Source of the DNA: an uncultured Clostridiaceae bacterium
Lineage (GTDB): Bacteria; Bacillota; Clostridia; TANB77; CAG-508
Reading direction: 5' to 3'
Assembly: GCA_948469815.1 (NCBI GenBank)
Contig: CAOKMR010000004.1
Span: 1 to 32,000 of the forward strand
Length of the DNA: 32,000 nucleotides
This document shows, in pieces, positions 9,137 through 17,326 of this stretch. The notes below the pieces were generated by a model, which worked only from the letters and a program-made list of their open reading frames with translations, searched no databases and had not been told where the DNA came from. Each line of letters opens with the position of its first letter. Positions within the stretch are counted from its first letter, which is position 1. The position numbers and the translations under genes were made by a program.

Positions 9137-10210
9137 TTATTCTATTATACTAAGTACGTTTTCTTTTATTTTTCTCCAATCTGTATTTAAATTTATTGTT
9201 TGAATTTGTAATATAGCCTTTTTAACTAATCCATTACTAACAACATCTATATTATACTTTTCAGATATTTCATTTTCACTATATGGCATTGGATATAGTA
9301 ACATTCCTATAAGCTCATTATTAGTATTAATATTATTCATATATGCATTCATTTGATATAAATTTTCAGAAATCAAAGACTTTTTATCTTCTTCACTATG
9401 ATAACGTTTTTTTAAATAATCTGGATAATATTTAGTATCTATTATAATTGTTTTGTTACTATACTTTCCATATAAAACTGTGTCCATTCTCATTGATGGC
9501 AAAATATTCTGTTGTCCATTTTCTAATTTCCAATTTAAATGCTGTTGAGGATATACTTTATATGTATTTTTTAATTCTATAACATAAAATTTATATATAA
9601 ATTTTTCAAATATCAATTCCATTTTCTTATCATCATCTAATATATTTATAAATTTATACTTCCCATCGTCTTGAGATAACATTGTGCACTCTTTAATTAA
9701 TTTGCATACCATTATTATAAAATATGCATAATAATTATTCCTATTAAAATGTATATCAAATGATTTATCTGTTATGTTAATTATTCCAACATTATTAAAA
9801 TATAATAATATATTATTCAATTCTCTTCTATATACCTCTTGAACACCCTTAGATTTATATAGTCTATATGCTGTAGTTTTTATAATTTGATTTATTAAAT
9901 TATTTGCATGAAAATTATCATATTCACATACTGCTCTAGCATTTTCAAAAGATAGTTGATTTAATGATTCTTTAAAATCAATTTTACCTCTAATTCCTTT
10001 TATTTCTTCAGCATGCAATTTGTATTCCCTATATAATCCAATTTTTAAAATATCTTTTACATTTTCTATAAATAATTTTGCTAGAATGTTTGGACTGTCA
10101 AAGTCATCATCATTATCTTTCATAGTTAAATCTATCTCTTCAACTTTATCCCAAATATAACTGAACATATATAGTATATTTTTTATAGGCACTTTTCTAT
10201 TATTTTTCAT
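9137..10210 (-). CDS. mcrC: McrC-like nuclease subunit of a McrBC type IV restriction system
   Basis: Starts 12 nt downstream of the mcrB stop. McrC-like layout with a PD-(D/E)xK-type core (MRMDTV ... IIIDTKYY ... QMNAY). Confidence 0.85.
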   Translation of the reverse strand: MKNNRKVPIKNILYMFSYIWDKVEEIDLTMKDNDDDFDSPNILAKLFIENVKDILKIGLYREYKLHAEEIKGIRGKIDFKESLNQLSFENARAVCEYDNFHANNLINQIIKTTAYRLYKSKGVQEVYRRELNNILLYFNNVGIINITDKSFDIHFNRNNYYAYFIIMVCKLIKECTMLSQDDGKYKFINILDDDKKMELIFEKFIYKFYVIELKNTYKVYPQQHLNWKLENGQQNILPSMRMDTVLYGKYSNKTIIIDTKYYPDYLKKRYHSEEDKKSLISENLYQMNAYMNNINTNNELIGMLLYPMPYSENEISEKYNIDVVSNGLVKKAILQIQTINLNTDWRKIKENVLSIIE

Positions 10211-10221
10211 AAATTCATCCT

Positions 10222-12663
10222 TTATATTTTAATCTTATTCAAAGCTTCATTTATTTTTTCTTCCTCACCAAAGAAATATTCCTCCAATAATGGTTTTATA
10301 TCATATTTTACTATTTCTTTGTATGAACTCTCTAATTTATCTCTATCTAATTGATTTATAAAGTAACTATGCCCAATTATAAAATTATCGTTCTTAAATG
10401 TATCTTTAATAAATCGATTTAGCTGTATATACATTTGAGTTATTTTTGTTGCAAATTCATCATCAATCCCTTCATCATTAATAAGATAATTTTCTAATTT
10501 TCTATTTTCAAATGCTGGATTTAAAGTGATAAATGAAAATCTTCTTCTTAACGCATAATCGATCATTGTTAATGATCTATCTGCAGTATTCATAGTTCCA
10601 ATAATATACAAGTTTTTTGGGATATAAAAATCTTCTTCTGACGAATAGGTTAATTTTATCGCCCATTCTTTTTTTCTTTTATCTCCTTCAATTAGCATCA
10701 TTAGTTCCCCAAAAACTTTAGATAAATTACCTCTATTAATTTCATCAATAATAATACAAAAATCTATTGCTTTTCTTTTTTCTTTTTCAGCTTTCTCATA
10801 TTCTTCACAAGCTTCTTTAACAAGATTATAAAATAAGCCATTTTTCAGTTCAAATTTTCCAGTTTTATTAGGTCTAAATCCTTGTATAAAATCTTCATAA
10901 GAATATGATTGATGAAATTGTACTGTCTTTATCTTTGTATCATCTTTTTTTCCTATTATAGAAAAAAATAGTCTTTTTGCGCAAAAAGTTTTGCCAACTC
11001 CTGGAACACCTTGTAAAATAATATTTTTCTTCCTTATAAGTGTGTTTTTTATGATATCATATTGTTCATCATCTATAAATACTTCTTTTAAGAAATCTTC
11101 TTTTGTATATGGTATAAATTCATCATCTTTTTCATCTTGGATAATTATACTATATCTATCACTCCAATATGGATCATTAATAAATTTTTGATAATCTTGT
11201 TCTTGTCCATCAAAAACAAACTTTATTAGCTCTTGTTTCATCCAATCTTCTTTCTCATCCTTAGGCGTTATATTCCATATTGTATTTCTTCCAGTAAACA
11301 TATACCATTCTCGTTCTTCTGGTTCATCCCAATCAACTTTTACATTTTTTCCATCATTCAGATTTTCTATTACTGTGCCTGTACACTTTATTTTCATAAC
11401 AGATACAGTTTCACCATTATTTTCAAATGGTATATCTTTAGATTTTGTATAAGATGTCTTTATTGCAATTTTATCTCCAGGTTGCATTTTATTTACTATA
11501 TTAGTATATTTATTATCATATCCATTTTGCCAAATCGATTCTTCAATAAATCTTTGGGTTTGATCACCTAATGAATCCCAACTTGCACCAACTAACCAAT
11601 AATTCATACTTCTATCCTTTAGTTTTGAAACCCATTTTAAAAAGATCCTAGAAGCCTCATTATCTGTCATTTTAATAATTCTACCAGCTTCTGTTATTTT
11701 CCAAATACCTCTTTTGCTTCCATCAATCAGTCCTTCATATACCAAATAATTTCTAGCAAATGCAAGTTCATTTGCAAACTTATTTACTTCAGATTTTCCC
11801 CTAACTTCATTAATAACTTCTTCAGATAGTTTTTCATTTTCTATTATTTTTCTTCTTACCTCACTTGGTGTTGCACTTCCTCCAAATTCTTTTAATGCTT
11901 CTAACAAAGGCTTAAACCATCTTAAAAAAGAAGCATTTGATTTCTTATCAGTAAGATATGCATTGTCTGAAAATTCAACAAAATTCTTAAATTTTGAATT
12001 TTTCATATTAAATATTTTTTTACATTCTTCAATTATTTTTAAGTACTCTTCTGCTTTAGGTACATCTTTTAATTTAGTTATATTTCTTACAGTTTTAAAT
12101 TCATTATTTGTATTCTTTAAATATTCTCTGTTTTTAGCATCTAAATTAAGGTATGTATATGGTCTTATCCAAAACAATGCTAGTGTTATATTCCATTTCA
12201 CTAAAGGTTGTTTTATTACTTTATTGTAATTTTTACAAAATTTATTATAATTATCTCCATTTTGATTATCTGCATATTGTATCGCACTTTCAAATAAATT
12301 CCACAAATTAGGAATATCATTTTCTTTTCTGTTTGGAGTAAAATGATAGAACATAGACCTCATGTTGCTCAATATAGGTATTCCAGAAAAATCATTTGGT
12401 ACATTTGCCCTCAAACCAAATTTTTCTTTTATTTTCCTTAAAATGTTAATTCTATTACTTTCACTAATGTGTTTACTAAATATTCCCATTACTGAAAATG
12501 GACATACATCTTCTCCTATTTCATCTCCATCAATTAAAGGATATTTTAAGTTTAACTCTTCATATATTTCCTGTAATTTTATTATTAGCTCTTTTCTATT
12601 ATTTTTATAATCTAAAAGTTTATCTGCAAATTCTTGATAAATATCTATCCAATCATATTTCAT
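10222..12663 (-). CDS. mcrB: McrB-family AAA+ GTPase with an extended tripartite N-terminal region, 813 aa
   Basis: Walker A GVPGVGKT (aa 552-559), Walker B IIIDEINRGN (aa 637-646), McrB signature MNTADRS (aa 691-697). Upstream are an Mrr_N-like winged helix (aa ~245-330) and a possible PUA/EVE-like module (aa ~354-465). Confidence 0.9.
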   Translation of the reverse strand: MKYDWIDIYQEFADKLLDYKNNRKELIIKLQEIYEELNLKYPLIDGDEIGEDVCPFSVMGIFSKHISESNRINILRKIKEKFGLRANVPNDFSGIPILSNMRSMFYHFTPNRKENDIPNLWNLFESAIQYADNQNGDNYNKFCKNYNKVIKQPLVKWNITLALFWIRPYTYLNLDAKNREYLKNTNNEFKTVRNITKLKDVPKAEEYLKIIEECKKIFNMKNSKFKNFVEFSDNAYLTDKKSNASFLRWFKPLLEALKEFGGSATPSEVRRKIIENEKLSEEVINEVRGKSEVNKFANELAFARNYLVYEGLIDGSKRGIWKITEAGRIIKMTDNEASRIFLKWVSKLKDRSMNYWLVGASWDSLGDQTQRFIEESIWQNGYDNKYTNIVNKMQPGDKIAIKTSYTKSKDIPFENNGETVSVMKIKCTGTVIENLNDGKNVKVDWDEPEEREWYMFTGRNTIWNITPKDEKEDWMKQELIKFVFDGQEQDYQKFINDPYWSDRYSIIIQDEKDDEFIPYTKEDFLKEVFIDDEQYDIIKNTLIRKKNIILQGVPGVGKTFCAKRLFFSIIGKKDDTKIKTVQFHQSYSYEDFIQGFRPNKTGKFELKNGLFYNLVKEACEEYEKAEKEKRKAIDFCIIIDEINRGNLSKVFGELMMLIEGDKRKKEWAIKLTYSSEEDFYIPKNLYIIGTMNTADRSLTMIDYALRRRFSFITLNPAFENRKLENYLINDEGIDDEFATKITQMYIQLNRFIKDTFKNDNFIIGHSYFINQLDRDKLESSYKEIVKYDIKPLLEEYFFGEEEKINEALNKIKI

Positions 12664-12740
12664 AATATCACTTACTCCTTTTTATTCTACATTTTTTTAT
12701 TTCAGTTTATATACCTAACATTTTTCTAATTTTTAGTTTA

Positions 12741-14081
12741 TTATATCTGCATTATTAAAACTGCGATATTAAAAAATACTAATACTGAACATGTATCTAC
12801 TATTGTAGTTATTAATGGAGCTGCCATTATTGCTGGATCTAATTTTAATCTTTTTGCTAATATTGGCAAAATACAGCCTAAGGATTTTGCAATCATCGCA
12901 GTTATTACTAACGTAATTCCTACAACAAATGCTAATTGTAAATTTTGATATTGCACTAATATTCTCACTCCATTTACAACTGCTAATATCATTCCAACTA
13001 TTAGAGATACTCTTATCTCTTTCCACCACACTTTGAAAAAATCTTTTATTTTAATCTCGTCTGTTGCTAGTCCACGAATTATTAATGTAGAACTTTGAGA
13101 GCCACAATTTCCACCAGTTCCCATTATCATTGGTATAAATGCTACTAGTAATGGTATAGTTGCAAATGCTTCTTCATATCTTGTAATAATTGAACCTGTT
13201 ACTATTGATGATAACATTAAAAATAATAACCAAACTATTCTATTTCTTGAATGAGCAAATATACTTGTTTTAAAGTAGCTATCTTCTGTTGGTTGCATAG
13301 CAGCCATTATTTCAAAATCTTCTGCTACTGCATCTTGCATAACGTCAATTGCATCATCAATAGTTATTATTCCTACTAGTCTCTCTTCTTTATCGACTAC
13401 AGGTATTGCAATAAAATTGTATTTATCAAACATTTTTGCAACTTCCTCTTTATCCATAACTGTAGTTACTGTAAAAGTGTTTGTATCCATTATGTCTTTT
13501 ATTAACTCATATCTTTCTGCTACTAATAAATCTTTAAGTTCAATGGTTCCAAGTAGTTTTCTTTTTGCATCTGTTACATAACAGTTATATACTGTCTCCT
13601 TTTTTAAGCCTATTTTTTTTATTCTATCAAAAGCTTCTTGTACTGTCATATTTTCTTTAAGGTCTACAAATTCTACTGTCATTATGCTCCCAGCACTATC
13701 ATCTGGATATTTAAGTAATTCATTTATTATTTTTCTGTTTTCTGAGTTTATATTTTTTAAAATACGTTTTACTACATTAGCAGGCATTTCTTCTATTAAG
13801 TCAGTTGCATCATCCATAAATAATTGGTCTATTATGTTTTGTAATTCTTTATCTGTTAATGAATTTATTAAAGCCTCTTGTACATCTGAATCCAGTTCAG
13901 CAAATACCTCAGCTGCTCTTTCTTTTGATAACAATCTATATATTACAATAATTTGTTCTTTATCTAATTCTTCAAATAAAGCAGGGAAATCGGCACAGTT
14001 TATATATTCTAATTTCTCATGTAATTTGTTCATTTTTTTATTTTCTATTAATGCTTTTATTTCATTAATGTTTTCCTCCAT
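12741..14081 (-). CDS. mgtE: Magnesium transporter MgtE
   Basis: N-domain, tandem CBS domains and five C-terminal TM helices with the GGNCGSQSS motif. Confidence 0.95.
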   Translation of the reverse strand: MEENINEIKALIENKKMNKLHEKLEYINCADFPALFEELDKEQIIVIYRLLSKERAAEVFAELDSDVQEALINSLTDKELQNIIDQLFMDDATDLIEEMPANVVKRILKNINSENRKIINELLKYPDDSAGSIMTVEFVDLKENMTVQEAFDRIKKIGLKKETVYNCYVTDAKRKLLGTIELKDLLVAERYELIKDIMDTNTFTVTTVMDKEEVAKMFDKYNFIAIPVVDKEERLVGIITIDDAIDVMQDAVAEDFEIMAAMQPTEDSYFKTSIFAHSRNRIVWLLFLMLSSIVTGSIITRYEEAFATIPLLVAFIPMIMGTGGNCGSQSSTLIIRGLATDEIKIKDFFKVWWKEIRVSLIVGMILAVVNGVRILVQYQNLQLAFVVGITLVITAMIAKSLGCILPILAKRLKLDPAIMAAPLITTIVDTCSVLVFFNIAVLIMQI

Positions 14082-14112
14082 TTTACTACCATCTCCCTTT
14101 GGTTACAAATAT

Positions 14113-14931
14113 TTATTTATATATAATCTGATCTAATAAAATAAAGACTATAAACAACACCAAATTTACAATAACAATCATTGCTCCTGTACTAATATTA
14201 TATATATATGAAAAATAAATGCCTATAAAAAATGAAAATATACTAATTACACCAGATGAGATTACTACCTTTTTAAATGTTTTAAATAATCTCATAGAGG
14301 TTAAGGCTGGGAATATAATTATACTACTTATAAGCATAGTTCCCATCATTCTCATTCCTACTACTATTATAACTGCTGTTAATATAGCTATTATATTTGT
14401 ATACCATTTTACATTTAATCCACTTGCTTTTGCAAAGTTTTCATCAAAAGTTACTGCAAATAATTTTCTATAATATATTAAAAATAATATTCCAACAATA
14501 ATACTTACAATTACACTTAATATTACATCACTTTCACCCATTGCTAATATGCTTCCAAACATATAGTTCCACACATCAGTGTTTATACCAGTAGTTGCAG
14601 ATGTTATAGCAACCCCTATTGCCAAACTACTACTAGCAATAATACCAATAGCGCTATCACTTTGAATTTTACTGTTATTTCCTATTTTCAGTAATAATAT
14701 TGCTGCTATTATTACTACTGGTATTGATATAAATAATGGACTCCAACCTATGGCTAATGCTACTGCCAAAATACCAAATCCTACATGAGATAATCCATCA
14801 CCTATCATTGCATATCTTTTTAATACTAGGCTAACCCCTAGAAGAGCTGCACATAAACTTACTAATGTTCCAACTAAAATTGCCCTTTGGATAAATTCAT
14901 ATTGTAGCATTTCAATTATTGTATTTATCAT
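14113..14931 (-). CDS. Metal (Zn/Mn-type, ABC-3 family) ABC transporter permease
   Basis: 272-aa polytopic protein with an ABC-3/ZnuB-like pattern (GDGLSHVGFG). Adjacent to the ATPase gene. Confidence 0.85.
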   Translation of the reverse strand: MINTIIEMLQYEFIQRAILVGTLVSLCAALLGVSLVLKRYAMIGDGLSHVGFGILAVALAIGWSPLFISIPVVIIAAILLLKIGNNSKIQSDSAIGIIASSSLAIGVAITSATTGINTDVWNYMFGSILAMGESDVILSVIVSIIVGILFLIYYRKLFAVTFDENFAKASGLNVKWYTNIIAILTAVIIVVGMRMMGTMLISSIIIFPALTSMRLFKTFKKVVISSGVISIFSFFIGIYFSYIYNISTGAMIVIVNLVLFIVFILLDQIIYK

Positions 14932-14945
14932 CTAATTATCCCTTT

Positions 14946-15614
14946 CTATACTATTTTGTATCTCTCTGGTAATCCATCAAATGTTACTTTTCCTCTTTCT
15001 ATCTCTATAACTCTTGTTGCATATTTTACTGCTCTTTCCACATCATGTGATACCATAACTATAGTTAGATTTCTCTTTTTGTTTAGTGTTTTAAGAGTTG
15101 AGTATATTTTTCTTGCAATACTGGGGTCTAAACCATTTGTTGGTTCATCTAACACTATTAGATTATTTGTTGCACACATAGCTCTTGCGATTAAAACTCT
15201 TTGTTGCTGACCTCCAGACAAATCTCTGAAACATTTTTTTCTAATAGTATAAATATCTAATTCCTTCATAATTTCTTTTGCTTTTTCTTTATCTTGTTTT
15301 GTGTACCATATATTCTTAATATTATTTGATATAGTTCCACTTAATACCACTTCTTCAATAGATGCTGGAAAATTTGCCTGTATTTCTGTTTTTTGTGGCA
15401 AATAGCCTAGCTTTTCTTTTAATGTGATTTTTCCTTCTGGTACTTTGTTAAGTCCCACTATACATTTAATTAAAGTACTTTTACCTGAACCGTTTTCACC
15501 AACAATACATAAAAAATCACCTTCATTTACAGAGAGGCTTACATTTTTTAAAGTATCTTCATCATCTCTAGATTCATACCTAAAAGTTAAGTTTTTAATA
15601 CTAATTAAATTCAT
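14946..15614 (-). CDS. Metal ABC transporter ATP-binding protein
   Basis: Walker A GENGSGKST, signature LSGGQQQR, Walker B LIVLDEPT, H-loop SHD. Confidence 0.9.
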   Translation of the reverse strand: MNLISIKNLTFRYESRDDEDTLKNVSLSVNEGDFLCIVGENGSGKSTLIKCIVGLNKVPEGKITLKEKLGYLPQKTEIQANFPASIEEVVLSGTISNNIKNIWYTKQDKEKAKEIMKELDIYTIRKKCFRDLSGGQQQRVLIARAMCATNNLIVLDEPTNGLDPSIARKIYSTLKTLNKKRNLTIVMVSHDVERAVKYATRVIEIERGKVTFDGLPERYKIV

Positions 15615-15652
15615 CTATTTTTCCTTTCAGATTGCTATTTTGGTACATTAAA

Positions 15653-15682
15653 ATTATATAATATTTTTATGCAATTTGTCAA
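15653..15682 (-). promoter_or_regulatory. Candidate sigma-A promoter for the ABC/mgtE gene string
   Basis: On the minus strand: TTGACA (15677-15682), 18 nt, TATAAT (15653-15658). Confidence 0.5.
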
Positions 15683-15704
15683 TGGATATTTTTTTAGATT
15701 TAGG

Positions 15705-15992
15705 TTAACTAATAGAATTATCCTTTAAGTAATCTAATCCGATTTTAGTATCTATTCCATGAGTTTCGTGATTGTGTTTTAATTGTATTGGTAACATATC
15801 TATAACATTAAACATATGGGAAAGTTTTATTGTTGGAACTCCACCTCCACGCATTATAGGTGCTATATATTTGATTGATAGATTATTAGAATTTTAATAA
15901 TTATTTACTTCTTTATAAATATTTTCTAAAAAACTATCTATCCTTTCCCATGAAATTAAATCTAAATCTTTTTTTGTATACTTATATTTCAT
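15705..15992 (-). pseudogene. Remnant of a phosphoribosyltransferase-like gene with an in-frame stop and a C-terminal truncation
   Basis: My translation reads MKYKYTKKDLDLISWERIDSFLENIYKEVNNY*NSNNLSIKYIAPIMRGGGVPTIKLSHMF... This has the N-terminal PRTase pattern (ISW..I......I ... RGG.vP). TAA interrupts the frame at 15894-15896, and the PRPP-binding loop (VDD..DTG.T) is absent. Confidence 0.4.
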
Positions 15993-16347
15993 TGCTATCT
16001 TTTCTATAATATTATTAACAATATCTATAATATTTTCTATTAAATAAGTTACAATCAATATATTGCACAATATTCCTAATATAAGCTGAAAAAGTCAACA
16101 ACTTTCTGTAAAAAAATCAGACCTCATAGCTATTGGTATTACTAGCTTTAAGGTCTATTTTTATCTCAAAAAAATACTAAACTCAGGAGTAATATTTTTA
16201 ATAATTTTTTATGATTTTATACATATACAATTTAATATATTTTAGCACTTTTATATAATATTTTAGATTTAAAATTCATATAACCTATTTTAAAAATTAC
16301 TTGCATTGCATTATTTATTGCATTACTTTTTAAAATTGCAATTGTAG

Positions 16348-16848
16348 TTACAATTCTTTTTCATAATATTCAACCTCTATAATAGTCCCATCTGGATATT
16401 TTTCATAATTATTTTTAATATACTTTGTAAAACCATAATGACTATAAATCAATTTATTTTTTTCTTCCGTTGGTTCAACACCTAAAGTAGCATATTCATA
16501 TCCTTTACTTTTTAAATCATTTATCATATATTTAAACAACTTACTAAAATATCCTTTTCCCTGATATTCTATATTTGTTCTAAAAGCAGATAAATATACA
16601 CGATTGTTAGCAACTAAACCATTACTATTTTGAACCGTATTTGTCGTTAAGTGTACTGTTGCTTCACAAATAATCTTTCCATCTAATATTCCATAATAAG
16701 GTATAATATATCCATCTGCAAAATTCTTTATATTTTCTTGTTTCCATATTATCCAATTTTGTTTATTATCTATTGCTATATCTATCTCATAGTCCCATTT
16801 TTCTTCCATTTCTTCAAGAGAAGCAATTTTGCAAATAAAACTTTCCAT
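16348..16848 (-). CDS. GNAT-family N-acetyltransferase
   Basis: Acetyl-CoA binding motif A region (YQGKGYFSKLFKYMINDLKSKGY). Length is 166 aa. Confidence 0.85.
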   Translation of the reverse strand: MESFICKIASLEEMEEKWDYEIDIAIDNKQNWIIWKQENIKNFADGYIIPYYGILDGKIICEATVHLTTNTVQNSNGLVANNRVYLSAFRTNIEYQGKGYFSKLFKYMINDLKSKGYEYATLGVEPTEEKNKLIYSHYGFTKYIKNNYEKYPDGTIIEVEYYEKEL

Positions 16849-17039
16849 TATCCTCCACCTCTACAGATATTTTTTATAGGATTATAACACAACTTATTCT
16901 GAGAAGCTATAGAAAATAAAAATGTGCTTTTTATTTTTCTAAATTATTTTAGGTTTATTAAGTGTATTAAAAATAAATTAACTTTCTACTGCATTACTAC
17001 TACTTTATTTTTAGCAAAATTTAATAAAGAAAAAATAGC

Positions 17040-17064
17040 GTAATCCTTATTATAAATGGATTAC
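17040..17064 (-). terminator. Terminator downstream of tRNA-Leu
   Basis: The minus strand reads gtaatcc-N11-ggattac followed by GCTATTTTTTC. Confidence 0.6.
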
Positions 17065-17090
17065 ACTATCTATATAAAGTATTTTGTGTC

Positions 17091-17174
17091 TGGTGCGGAT
17101 GAAGGGACTTGAACCCCCACTCCGAAGAACTGGTTCCTAAGACCAGCGCGTCTGCCAATTTCGCCACATCCGCA
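17091..17174 (-). tRNA. tRNA-Leu (anticodon UAG), type II with long variable arm and encoded CCA
   Basis: The minus strand folds with a 7-bp acceptor stem (TGCGGAT/ATCCGCA), an anticodon arm ctggt-CTTAGGA-accag, a long variable arm, a GGTTCAAGTCC T-loop and a 3' CCA. Confidence 0.9.
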
Positions 17175-17326
17175 TATATATATTTAATTCTTATTTATAA
17201 TAACATATATTTTCATTCTTTGTCAATAGATTATATTTATAAAAATAAAAAAATTTTTGACATGTTAAATTTAAAGTTAAACGCACACTTTTTAGATTGT
17301 GCATTTAACTTTTATTCAATTTAAAT

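Noticed and set aside
13684-14136. A 150-aa plus-strand ORF and an 86-aa minus-strand alternate-frame ORF (12769-13029) within mgtE.
   Set aside because: Both overlap a confidently identified mgtE gene, and neither has an RBS or any recognisable motif.
15945-16004. A 19-aa hydrophobic plus-strand mini-ORF (MKLNLNLFLYTYISLLSFL) that could be a type I toxin.
   Set aside because: It has no RBS and lies antisense to the PRTase remnant. I saw no partner antisense RNA features, so support is insufficient.
16301-16330. A TGCATT motif repeated three times just downstream of the GNAT gene.
   Set aside because: The motif is short, AT-rich and irregularly spaced, with no associated regulator or partner gene. 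It is most likely chance.
17109-17324. A 71-aa plus-strand ORF.
   Set aside because: Its 5' part is the reverse complement of tRNA-Leu, and the rest is AT-rich intergenic sequence with no RBS.
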